Shown one piece after another: positions 19,668 to 27,613 of a stretch of DNA of 43,895 nt. The first letter of the stretch is position 1. Each line of letters starts with the position of its first letter. The notes beneath the pieces are model-generated. The model saw nothing but the letters and a program-made list of their open reading frames with translations. It was not told the origin of the DNA and did not search any database. This DNA comes from Desulfobacterales bacterium (GTDB taxonomy: Bacteria; Desulfobacterota; Desulfobacteria; Desulfobacterales; UBA11574). The stretch covers positions 1 to 43,895 of the forward strand of contig JAQBBE010000147.1 of NCBI GenBank assembly GCA_032126435.1, in the 5' to 3' direction. A program made the position numbers and the translations under genes.

Positions 19668-20188
19668 TGTCTATTCATATCATCATCGACGGCTATAATT
19701 TAATCCGACAGTCCAAATCCCTCGGCGCCCTTGACCGACAAGATTTACAATTGGGTCGTGAAGCGCTCCTTGACATGCTTTCAGCATACAAAAGAATAAA
19801 ACGCCACACGATTACCGTCGTTTTTGATGGAACCAAAGCACTGCCCTTCTCCCAGCACAAAGATCAAATAAAAGGAATCAAGGTGAAATTTTCCCGCCGT
19901 GGAGAATTCGCCGATGCCGTGATTAAACGGATGGCCGCCAAGCTAAGGGAAAAAGCCATGGTTGTAAGCTCTGATCTGGATGTTATTCATTTTTCGGCGT
20001 CCAAAGGGTCGGCGACCATCGACTCTCCCGGGTTTGAAGAAAAGATGGCCATGGCAGTTTATACGGATACAAAGGGGATGGAAAGCGAAGAAGCGGTGGG
20101 GTGGATTCCAACGACGAAAAAAAAAGGTCCCGGCAGACGGCTTTCAAAAAGACAACGGCACAGCAGGGTCAAAATAAAAAAACTGTAA
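19667..20188 (+). CDS. NYN/PIN-like domain protein (YacP/Rae1-like predicted RNase)
   Basis: MSIHIIIDGYNLI.., VVFDG.. and SSDLD motifs typical of the YacP-like NYN family. Lys/Arg-rich tail. The start overlaps the parB stop (TAATG). Confidence 0.8.
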   Translation: MSIHIIIDGYNLIRQSKSLGALDRQDLQLGREALLDMLSAYKRIKRHTITVVFDGTKALPFSQHKDQIKGIKVKFSRRGEFADAVIKRMAAKLREKAMVVSSDLDVIHFSASKGSATIDSPGFEEKMAMAVYTDTKGMESEEAVGWIPTTKKKGPGRRLSKRQRHSRVKIKKL

Positions 20189-20297
20189 AAAAAACAAGGA
20201 CCACCAGATGCTCGTTTCCATTGACGCGGCTGCCATTATCTGATAGTCACACAACGGTTCCGAGCGGTTTTTCCATAACGCTTTGAAATTTCTCAAC

Positions 20298-20762
20298 ATG
20301 AATACAAAAAAAACAAAATCAGACCTGTTTCGGATATGCGTAATAGACGGTCAGGGCGGCGGTATCGGAAGCGCGGTCATCAAAAAACTAAAAGACCTTT
20401 ACGGAGAAACCGTTGAAATTATCGCCCTGGGCACCAATGCAATCGCCACCGCTCAGATGCTGAAAGCCAAAGCCAACAGAGGTGCATCTGGAGAAAATGC
20501 AATTGTTCAGACGTCTAAAAAAGTGGATATTATCATCGGGACGGTCAGCATTATCCTGGCCCATTCCATGATGGGAGAAGTTACACCCAAAATAGCAGAA
20601 GCCGTGGCTGAGAGCCCCGCTAAAAAACTGCTGATACCGCTTACCCAGGAAAATGTTGAAATCGTCGGGTTACCCTCAACGCCGCTTCCCCATCTTATAG
20701 AGGCGCTTATCGAGGAAAATTTAAAAGGGAAAATACCATGTGTGAGGCAAACGCGTACTTGA
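20298..20762 (+). CDS. DUF3842-family protein
   Basis: ICVIDGQGGGIGSAVIKKLK..IIALGTNAIATAQMLKA.ANRGASGENAIV matches my recollection of DUF3842. ATG 20298 is preferred over TTG 20283. Confidence 0.65.
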   Translation: MNTKKTKSDLFRICVIDGQGGGIGSAVIKKLKDLYGETVEIIALGTNAIATAQMLKAKANRGASGENAIVQTSKKVDIIIGTVSIILAHSMMGEVTPKIAEAVAESPAKKLLIPLTQENVEIVGLPSTPLPHLIEALIEENLKGKIPCVRQTRT

Positions 20763-20923
20763 TTGAAGGAGATGAGAAAATACTGGTTATGGAAGCCGTT
20801 GATTCCGTGGAACCCGAGGAGAACGGCATCAGATTGACCAGTATATTTGGAGATCAGAAATTCATAAAGGCGCACATTCATTCGCTGGCACTTGTGGACC
20901 ACAATATTTTTCTGAAATCCTAA
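20738..20923 (+). CDS. cooT: CooT-family nickel-binding protein
   Basis: 61 aa starting MCEANAYL, with the hallmark Cys2 N-terminus of the CooT family. Overlaps the upstream gene by 25 nt. Confidence 0.7.
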   Translation: MCEANAYLIEGDEKILVMEAVDSVEPEENGIRLTSIFGDQKFIKAHIHSLALVDHNIFLKS

Positions 20924-20996
20924 CATTACGACCCGATACAATAAGCGGCTTTTATTCATAAAATTTGATGCGTTGAGCCGAACCAGCATGTGATAG

Positions 20997-22724
20997 ATGA
21001 AAATATTAATTGCAAAGAACGCTGGTTTCTGCATGGGAGTCCGCAGAGCCGTTGAAATGGTTCTGGATACCCCGAACAAACACGAAAATCCTATCTGCAC
21101 TTTTGGGCCTCTTATACACAATCCCCAGGTTCTAAATCTTTTGGAAGAAAAAGGGATATCCATTCTCGATGAAGTACCGGATCACGGATCCGGTACAGTT
21201 CTGATTAGAGCCCATGGCGTTCCACCCGACACCAAAAAAAATCTGAAAAAAGCCGGTTTCAAGGTTATCGACGCCACATGCCCCCGCGTTATAAAGGTAC
21301 AAACCATCATCCGGAAACATGCACGACAAGGTTGTGCCGCGATCATTATTGGAGACAAAGCACACCCTGAAGTCATCGGTCTTCTGGGGTATGCAGGGGA
21401 TAAAGGGTATGTTGTCGACAATATCGATGATCTTGATTCTCTTCCTTCGTTTAAAAGCGCCATCATCGTTGCCCAGACCACACAGAACACCCTCTTTTTT
21501 GAAAAGGTAAAAACCTGGGCAAACCAAAATTTTCCGCACTACAAGATCTATGATACCATTTGCGATTCCACGGCCAAGCGCCAGGCTGAAGTCCATCACC
21601 TGGCAGATTCTGTGGATGCCGTTATTGTTGTGGGGGGATATAACAGCGGAAATACAAAGCGGCTTGCCGAAATTGCCCGAAAGACCGGCAAGCCGACGTA
21701 CCACATCCAAGAGGAATCGGAAATCGATATGGGTGCACTTTCTGAAGCAAGCTGTATTGGGATTGCAGCCGGCGCTTCCACCCCGAACTGGATCATCAAT
21801 AAAATCTACAGAAAGCTCGAAGCCCTCCCTTATAAAAAGAAGCAGCGCTGGAAAAGGAGCGTGTTTGCTGCCCAGCGAGCCCTTCTTCTCACAAATATCT
21901 ATGTGTCCATGGGCGCCGGATGCCTTTGCTATGCCTGTATCAAGATTCAGGAGATTTCAAACTACTTGCCGTTTGTATTGATATCCGTGCTTTATGTTCA
22001 ATCCATGCATATCTTCAACAACCTGATCGGTACAAAGGCAGACCGATACAATGACCCTGACAGGTCTTTTTTTTATCACGAAAACAAGATCCCCCTTGCC
22101 CTTCTCGCCGTTACAGCTGGGGGCGTTGGGCTGATCATCGCCTATTCAACAGGAAAGATACCCTTTCTGATCCTTCTCGGCATGAGCATCATGGGACTTT
22201 CTTACAATCTGAGACTGATACCGGCAAATTTCGCAGGCAGCAAGTACCGGCGGATAAGGGATGTCCCGGGATCAAAAACTGTTCTGATTGCAATGGCATG
22301 GGGAATCGTGACATCTGTATTGCCCTCCCTGTCCGTACCCGAGAATATTCGTCTGAGTACGGTCATCATACTCCTGTGGTCTCTAAGCCTGGTCTTTGTC
22401 AGGACGGCATTTTTTGACGTTCTTGATATGCAGGGCGATCGCATTGTGGGAAAAGAGACGATACCCATACTTCTGGGAGAAAAGCGAACCTTGCGCCTTT
22501 TAAAAATGATACTGGCCATAAATTTTGGCATTTTGATTTTGTCCAGCGTCTTACATCTTATCTCGAGTCTCGGATTTGCCCTTGCGATCTGCCCCGCTTT
22601 TATCTTCATCGTTCTTTCAGCCCACGAACGCGGTTATATGCTCCCCGGGATCCGGCTGGAGTTTTTGGTTGAAAGTAACTTTGTTATGGCGGGCTTGATC
22701 GCCCTTTTTGGGTCTTTTCTTTAG
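20997..22724 (+). CDS. ispH: 4-hydroxy-3-methylbut-2-enyl diphosphate reductase (IspH) fused to a C-terminal UbiA-type polytopic prenyltransferase-like domain
   Basis: N-terminal ~285 aa are IspH, with three cluster Cys contexts (GFCMGV, ATCPRV, TICDST). The C-terminal ~290 aa have about 8 hydrophobic segments and Asp-rich motifs NNLIGTKADRYNDPD and FFDVLDMQGDRIVGKETIP (UbiA-like DxxDxxxD..G..T). One uninterrupted ORF. Confidence 0.85.
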   Translation: MKILIAKNAGFCMGVRRAVEMVLDTPNKHENPICTFGPLIHNPQVLNLLEEKGISILDEVPDHGSGTVLIRAHGVPPDTKKNLKKAGFKVIDATCPRVIKVQTIIRKHARQGCAAIIIGDKAHPEVIGLLGYAGDKGYVVDNIDDLDSLPSFKSAIIVAQTTQNTLFFEKVKTWANQNFPHYKIYDTICDSTAKRQAEVHHLADSVDAVIVVGGYNSGNTKRLAEIARKTGKPTYHIQEESEIDMGALSEASCIGIAAGASTPNWIINKIYRKLEALPYKKKQRWKRSVFAAQRALLLTNIYVSMGAGCLCYACIKIQEISNYLPFVLISVLYVQSMHIFNNLIGTKADRYNDPDRSFFYHENKIPLALLAVTAGGVGLIIAYSTGKIPFLILLGMSIMGLSYNLRLIPANFAGSKYRRIRDVPGSKTVLIAMAWGIVTSVLPSLSVPENIRLSTVIILLWSLSLVFVRTAFFDVLDMQGDRIVGKETIPILLGEKRTLRLLKMILAINFGILILSSVLHLISSLGFALAICPAFIFIVLSAHERGYMLPGIRLEFLVESNFVMAGLIALFGSFL

Positions 22725-22837
22725 CTTGATCCACTCGGCGGGCGGCTTGTTTCCTTTGTCAAACCGCTCCAAGGACAATGCTTTTTTCAACCCGTATATT
22801 AAAGTTCCACAAGGCAAAAATATCAGGATATCATAAA

Positions 22838-24529
22838 ATGACAAACAGAAAAAAATTGCTGATCGTTGGCGGTGTTGCAGGCGGAGCGTCGTGCGCCGCA
22901 AGGGCAAGAAGACTTCGCGAAGATGCCGATATTATCCTATTTGAACGCGGATCCCATATCTCTTTTGCCAATTGCGGTCTCCCGTATCATATCGGGAAAG
23001 TTATTCCAAGAGAGCGGTCGCTTTTTATTGCTTCACCGGAGTTGTTTAAAAGACAGCTTAATGTGGACGTAAGAACACAAAATAATGTCCGATATATTGA
23101 CCGTAAAAATAAAAGGATCGATGTCGAAAATTTAAAAACCGGGGAAGTATACCGTGAAAGCTACGATGCCCTTGTCCTTTCTCCCGGGGCGGCACCCATA
23201 AAACCTGATTTCAAGGGGATAGATCTCCCTGGCATCTTTACCTTGCGCACCATTCCGGACATGCGAAAGATTATCGACTGGATTAAAACCCGAACGGTGA
23301 AAAAAGCCGCTGTCATCGGCGGCGGATTCATCGGTCTGGAGATGACTGAAAATTTGAAAATACAGGGAATAGATGTCTCCATCATAGAAATGCTGCCACA
23401 GGTCATGCCTTTTTTAGATCCTGAAATTGCGGCGTTCATCCATGATCATCTTAAGTCCAAAGAAATATCACTCTTTTTGGGGAGTCCTGTTACCGGCTTC
23501 AGACAGAAAAACAATGGTATGATCGAGGTTATGATCGAATCCGGCAAAACGGTTGCAGCGGATGTGGTCATTCTTGCCATCGGTGTTCGTCCGGAGGTTG
23601 AGCTGGCAAAAACGGCAGGTCTTGCCATTGGCAGCCTGGGAGGGATTCTGGTTGACGATCAAATGCGCACCAGTGATGAAAATATTTTTGCTGTCGGCGA
23701 TGCCGTTGAAGTAAAAAACTTTGTCACCGCCGCACAAGGTTTGATTCCGCTGGCAGGTCCGGCCAACCGTCAAGGACGAATAGCGGCGGATGTCATCATG
23801 GGAAACAATAGAACTGCGTCGCCGCGATTCCGCGGCGTGCAGGCCACAACAGTTTGCGGTGTACTCGGCCTGACCATCGCTGCCACGGGCATCAGCGAAA
23901 AAGCATTGAGGCAGTTGGACGGAAATGAAGATTTAAAACCTTACGAAAAAATTTATCTCACCCCGAATCACCATGCCGGATATTATCCAGGCGCAAAACC
24001 CCTGACATTCAAATTGATTTTTTCAACCCAAAACGGACGGATACTGGGTGCCCAGGCCGTCGGGACGGAAGGTGTCGAAAAAAGAATCGATGTGATTGCA
24101 ACAGCTATTCAGCATAACGGAACCGTATTCGACCTTGAGGAATCGGAACTGTGCTATGCACCGCAATACGGCTCTGCTAAAGATCCCGTCAACCTCGCGG
24201 GTATGATCGCATCGAATCTGATGCAAGGATATACGTCAATTGTCCATTGGGAGGATCTTTCCGAATCTGATGCATTTATTCTTGATGTTCGCGGACCTTT
24301 CGAATTCAAAAACGGTTATGTTAAAAATGCGGTGAATATCCCTCTGGCTGATTTAAGGAAGCGGATGTCGGAACTTCCCCGGGATCGGGAAATATGGACA
24401 TACTGTTATGAAGGAAAACGGTCTTATTTTGCCTTGCGCATTCTGAAACAGTATGGTTTTAAAGCGGAAAATATTTCCGGAGGGTATTTGATGTATCTGG
24501 CCGTAAAACAATTCAAAGACATTGAGTAA
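22838..24529 (+). CDS. CoA-disulfide reductase / NAD(P)H persulfide reductase-type flavoprotein with C-terminal rhodanese domain
   Basis: FAD motif VGGVAGGASCAARA, redox Cys SFANCGLPY, second dinucleotide fold VIGGGFIGLE, and rhodanese active-site loop CYEGKRS. ATG 22838 is preferred over 22778. Confidence 0.88.
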   Translation: MTNRKKLLIVGGVAGGASCAARARRLREDADIILFERGSHISFANCGLPYHIGKVIPRERSLFIASPELFKRQLNVDVRTQNNVRYIDRKNKRIDVENLKTGEVYRESYDALVLSPGAAPIKPDFKGIDLPGIFTLRTIPDMRKIIDWIKTRTVKKAAVIGGGFIGLEMTENLKIQGIDVSIIEMLPQVMPFLDPEIAAFIHDHLKSKEISLFLGSPVTGFRQKNNGMIEVMIESGKTVAADVVILAIGVRPEVELAKTAGLAIGSLGGILVDDQMRTSDENIFAVGDAVEVKNFVTAAQGLIPLAGPANRQGRIAADVIMGNNRTASPRFRGVQATTVCGVLGLTIAATGISEKALRQLDGNEDLKPYEKIYLTPNHHAGYYPGAKPLTFKLIFSTQNGRILGAQAVGTEGVEKRIDVIATAIQHNGTVFDLEESELCYAPQYGSAKDPVNLAGMIASNLMQGYTSIVHWEDLSESDAFILDVRGPFEFKNGYVKNAVNIPLADLRKRMSELPRDREIWTYCYEGKRSYFALRILKQYGFKAENISGGYLMYLAVKQFKDIE

Positions 24530-24608
24530 AAAATCGTTGATCGGTGAACAGCCGGCGTGTTGTCCTTTTAATCATTGGACGAAACAACGGCCTTAGGTAC
24601 CCGTCTGT

Positions 24609-25214
24609 TTATTTCCAAATGGTGGGTTCCGTACCGGACAGAAGTCTTTTGATGTTTTCTATGTGGCGAAAACCGATGAATACAGCAGTTGCAACGGCAC
24701 ATCCTGTGAGGACTCCGGAGCCGGTGGCCTTCCAGACAGCAACCGGCAGAACGGCAGCGGCGGCGAGGGATGCCGCCGAGACACGGTTGGACCCGCAAAC
24801 AAACAGGATAAAGACCAGAATTACAACCCCCAATGCCGGCGGTGAAATTACGGCAAAACACCCGGCTGCAGTTGCAACGCCTTTGCCGCCGTTTTTAAAC
24901 TTCATATATATCGGATAAAGGTGGCCCATAAAGGCGGCAAAGGCAACCAGTGAAATGTAGAAGGAGGCCCACAATTCATTTGAATCTGTTAGCGATACCG
25001 CCAACCAGACCGGAACGGCGCCCTTGAGGACATCGCCGGCAAGGGTTAAAATCCCGAGCTTTGCCCCTGCCACGCGCCTTACATTGGTTGCACCGATATT
25101 TCCACTCCCCTCCTGCCGTATGTTTATCGAGGTGAACAGCCGGGTCAGGACAAGACCCCAGGGGATGGAGCCCAGGAGATACGCAAAAAACGGCAGAATG
25201 AGAAGTTTAATCAT
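24609..25214 (-). CDS. plsY: Glycerol-3-phosphate acyltransferase PlsY
   Basis: 201 aa polytopic membrane protein with GSIPWG and GSGNIGATNV motifs. Confidence 0.93.
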   Translation of the reverse strand: MIKLLILPFFAYLLGSIPWGLVLTRLFTSINIRQEGSGNIGATNVRRVAGAKLGILTLAGDVLKGAVPVWLAVSLTDSNELWASFYISLVAFAAFMGHLYPIYMKFKNGGKGVATAAGCFAVISPPALGVVILVFILFVCGSNRVSAASLAAAAVLPVAVWKATGSGVLTGCAVATAVFIGFRHIENIKRLLSGTEPTIWK

Positions 25215-25358
25215 TTAAGCGACACCACGATCTTATTTTAATGAAACGATACACAATGAGCCATACATCGTGTATCCTGAAAATATAGTGGATATCATAT
25301 CACTATCGACAGTAATATCAAGTCTATATAATATTTCTCAAAAGAGAGCCGTTTTTAC

Positions 25359-25634
25359 GTGAAACCTGTAAGAATGCCCATTGAAGATATTTTAGATCTT
25401 CACACCTTTAAACCTAAAGAGGTGCCTGATCTTCTGGTCGATTACTTTTATGCTTGTATCGATGCAGGTATTTATTCTGTACGAATCGTTCATGGAAAGG
25501 GCCGGGGAATATTGAAGAAGCGGGTTCAAGAGCTTTTGAAAAAAAATCCGCTGGTGGAATCCTATAAAAATGCACCCCTGGAAGCCGGCGGTTGGGGCGC
25601 TACCCTGGTGGAACTTAAACCAAGATTCGAATAG
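25359..25634 (+). CDS. Smr-domain protein (small MutS-related nuclease domain)
   Basis: LDLH.. and VRIVHGKGRGILKKRV motifs. GTG start; ATG 25374 is an alternative. Confidence 0.8.
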   Translation: MKPVRMPIEDILDLHTFKPKEVPDLLVDYFYACIDAGIYSVRIVHGKGRGILKKRVQELLKKNPLVESYKNAPLEAGGWGATLVELKPRFE

Positions 25635-25914
25635 CCATATGTCAGGGTGTTTGGGGGTGTCTGCGGTCATATAAAAGGAAATTATTATCCTGTGATGTTC
25701 CATACTGAATTCCATTTTCCATGTTACCTGAATTACCCAATATGTAACCAAAGTAATACTAAATGTGGTATTAATTTCACAATTTTACGGCCTGTTCGCC
25801 GTTTGTTTGAGCTAACCATTTGAAATATCAGGAAGCGAAAAAACTTCCTGATCCTGCATGATTTTTGCATGCATGTAACGCAATAACGAACGCATTCAAA
25901 ACAACCGGAGTTTC

Positions 25915-25939
25915 CTGCAGCGCCGTTGAAACGGGATCT
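25915..25939 (+). repeat. Copy A of a 25-nt direct repeat, CTGCA-N3-CCGTTGAAACGGGATCT
   Basis: The 17-nt core CCGTTGAAACGGGATCT (25923-25939) is identical to 27777-27793. CTGCA sits 3 nt upstream in both copies. Confidence 0.6.
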
Positions 25940-26017
25940 TTGAATTGCTTCAACAAACTGGGGAAATACGCACGCTGTTCCAATTTAAGAAAGACTCAAT
26001 AAGAATCTGTATCGCTT

Positions 26018-26167
26018 ATGACCCATGAATTACACGATAACGGCGGCCGGCGCTCAGGGACGGACCGGCGGGAATATTCTTACACCTCTTACATACCTGA
26101 ACGAAGATCGGGTAAGGAACGGAGAAGTGGGTTGGATAGAAGGGTGAAACCGAGAACATCAGAATAA
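26018..26167 (+). CDS. Arg-rich miniprotein with ERRSG/DRR repeats (49 aa), paralog 1
   Basis: Not in the supplied ORF track because it is under 60 aa. Sequence: MTHELHDNGGRRSGTDRREYSYTSYIPERRSGKERRSGLDRRVKPRTSE. It shares P-E-R-R-S-G-x-[DE]-R-R with the ORF at 26385, using different synonymous codons. A terminator follows. The RBS is weak. Confidence 0.5.
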   Translation: MTHELHDNGGRRSGTDRREYSYTSYIPERRSGKERRSGLDRRVKPRTSE

Positions 26168-26197
26168 AAAAAATACCGGGATATTTTGGATCAAAAA

Positions 26198-26229
26198 AGG
26201 CGGGGCCGGCAAAGGCTCTGCCTTTTTTA
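26198..26229 (+). terminator. Rho-independent terminator candidate
   Basis: AGGCGGGG (26198-26205) pairs with CTCTGCCT (26216-26223) including two G-U pairs. 10-nt loop, followed by a T6 run. Confidence 0.55.
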
Positions 26230-26230
26230 T

Positions 26231-26260
26231 TTGACAATACCCCCAAAGTTCCTGTATATA
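26231..26260 (+). promoter_or_regulatory. Sigma70-type promoter candidate (TTGACA-N18-TATATA)
   Basis: TTGACA at 26231-26236 and TATATA at 26255-26260, upstream of the second ERR-repeat ORF. Confidence 0.55.
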
Positions 26261-26276
26261 GTTTCACGTTAATATA

Positions 26277-26298
26277 ATTCTACTATATACAGTAGAAT
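26277..26298 (+). promoter_or_regulatory. Perfect 8-bp inverted repeat (ATTCTACT-N6-AGTAGAAT): operator or 5'-UTR hairpin
   Basis: Lies about 10-30 nt downstream of the predicted -10 and about 87 nt upstream of ATG 26385. Confidence 0.4.
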
Positions 26299-26384
26299 AG
26301 ACCGTTGAAAAACGATCCCTTTTTATCAATCCCGGCGTCAGACTCAAGTTTTGATCTTCGAAATTTTCGGTCAGGAGTGTCCTG

Positions 26385-26591
26385 ATGAGTGCTTATCCCT
26401 ATCTTCAAAAAGAGCGCAGAAACGGCATAGAAAGACGCAAAAGCAGGGTGCCGGTGGGAATAACTTTTGAGCTCGTCGACCGCAGGCAAAAAAACGACCC
26501 CTATTACAGTGGTCCTGAAAGGCGAAGCGGTATGGATAGAAGGGGTTTGATTTGGGATAGAAGAACACCCAAAGTAACCTGTTGCAGCTAA
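26385..26591 (+). CDS. Arg-rich miniprotein with ERR/DRR repeats (68 aa), paralog 2
   Basis: Sequence: MSAYPYLQKERRNGIERRKSRVPVGITFELVDRRQKNDPYYSGPERRSGMDRRGLIWDRRTPKVTCCS. AGGAG lies 7 nt before the ATG, and it has its own promoter. The antisense ORFs 26283..26645 and 26371..26568 look like shadows. Confidence 0.6.
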   Translation: MSAYPYLQKERRNGIERRKSRVPVGITFELVDRRQKNDPYYSGPERRSGMDRRGLIWDRRTPKVTCCS

Positions 26592-26841
26592 ATGAACCCT
26601 ATTCCCGTCCGTACTTTCTATAGACCATTTTGGGCCCTGGTACAATCCTCCTAAATAGGCATTTTTCGAATGTTTCCCCTTAATTGAGAGCGCGTCGAGG
26701 ATGCTCCACCCGCTGAAGAAAATCCCGTGAATAGTGGAAGTTTTCCGGTGTCATCGGTGTGTCCGCCTCTGGAGTGCTGTTCCTCAGGGTAACAACGTGG
26801 GATTTTTTTCAAAAAAAATGTTGCAATTTATAAATTAATAT

Positions 26842-26857
26842 GTTTAACAAAATAAAC
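26842..26857. promoter_or_regulatory. Operator candidate O1 (TAT-GTTTA-N6-TAAAC) in the repressor gene's promoter/leader
   Basis: GTTTAACAAAATAAAC lies 36 nt upstream of ATG 26893, with the same half-sites and spacing as 27564-27579. A separate 12-bp palindrome, AATTTATAAATT, is at 26825-26836. Confidence 0.4.
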
Positions 26858-26892
26858 AATCCTTCTCAACCCATAAGAAACCGGGGAATTAT

Positions 26893-27546
26893 ATGGCCAT
26901 CCATAAATTTGAATCCTTTTTACAACGGGTTTGTGAAGCCACGGGAATCGCATCACAAACTGAATTGGCGTCCGCCCTTAATATCAACCGATCGGCAATT
27001 ACCCAAGCCAGGAAAAAAGATTCTATACCTGACAAATGGATATTGAAACTGTATCGAACCTTTGGCTTAAACCCGGACTGGGTCGAAACAGGCTTCGGTC
27101 CAACATTCCTGAAACCATCGGCGTCCAGCGATTCCATATTTAAAAATATCCCGAAGGTCAAAGCCAGGCTGAGTGCTGGCGGCGGCTCTTTTGAAGTCGG
27201 ATCCGAAATAGAAGGTTATTATGCTTTTCGGAAGGAGTGGTTGACCACAAAGGGAAACATAAACAAAATCGTTTTAATGGACATTTTCGGTAACAGTATG
27301 GAACCAGAAATAAAGGATGGCGATACCGTACTGATAGACCAGTCTCAAAAAGATATCTTGGCAGGTGCTGTATACGCTGTTGGTATTGATGATACGATCA
27401 TGGTTAAACGACTGGAAAAACATCCCAATAAACTTGTTTTACACAGTGACAACAAGGATTATTCTCCCATTTATCTTCAAGGTAATGAAATAAATAGTGT
27501 CCGTATTATTGGTAAGATAATCTGGATTTGCCGAGAATTCAGGTAA
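26893..27546 (+). CDS. CI/PrtR-like repressor: phage-CI-type HTH fused to an S24 (LexA-like) self-cleaving peptidase domain
   Basis: The N-terminus (ATGIASQTELASALNINRSAITQARKKDSIPDKWILKLYRTFGLNPDWVETG) resembles the phage CI repressor HTH. Candidate Ala-Gly cleavage site in LSAGGG. Ser/Lys dyad GNSMEP ... VKRL. Confidence 0.88.
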   Translation: MAIHKFESFLQRVCEATGIASQTELASALNINRSAITQARKKDSIPDKWILKLYRTFGLNPDWVETGFGPTFLKPSASSDSIFKNIPKVKARLSAGGGSFEVGSEIEGYYAFRKEWLTTKGNINKIVLMDIFGNSMEPEIKDGDTVLIDQSQKDILAGAVYAVGIDDTIMVKRLEKHPNKLVLHSDNKDYSPIYLQGNEINSVRIIGKIIWICREFR

Positions 27547-27563
27547 TTTTTTTTGCCGTTTAT

Positions 27564-27579
27564 GTTTATATATATAAAC
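27564..27579. promoter_or_regulatory. Operator candidate O2 (perfect palindrome GTTTATATATATAAAC)
   Basis: Same TAT-GTTTA-N6-TAAAC architecture as O1. It overlaps a possible TTGCCG-N16-TAAACT promoter 35 nt upstream of ATG 27614. Confidence 0.4.
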
Positions 27580-27613
27580 TTTATGAAATTTAAATTAACA
27601 GGAAGGGTGAAAT

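Noticed and set aside
25351-25366. parS-like sequences: GTTTTTACGTGAAACC at the smr start and GTTTCACGTTAATAT at about 26261.
   Set aside because: Only 12/16 and 11/16 matches to TGTTTCACGTGAAACA, with the palindrome broken. I cannot claim a parS from these.
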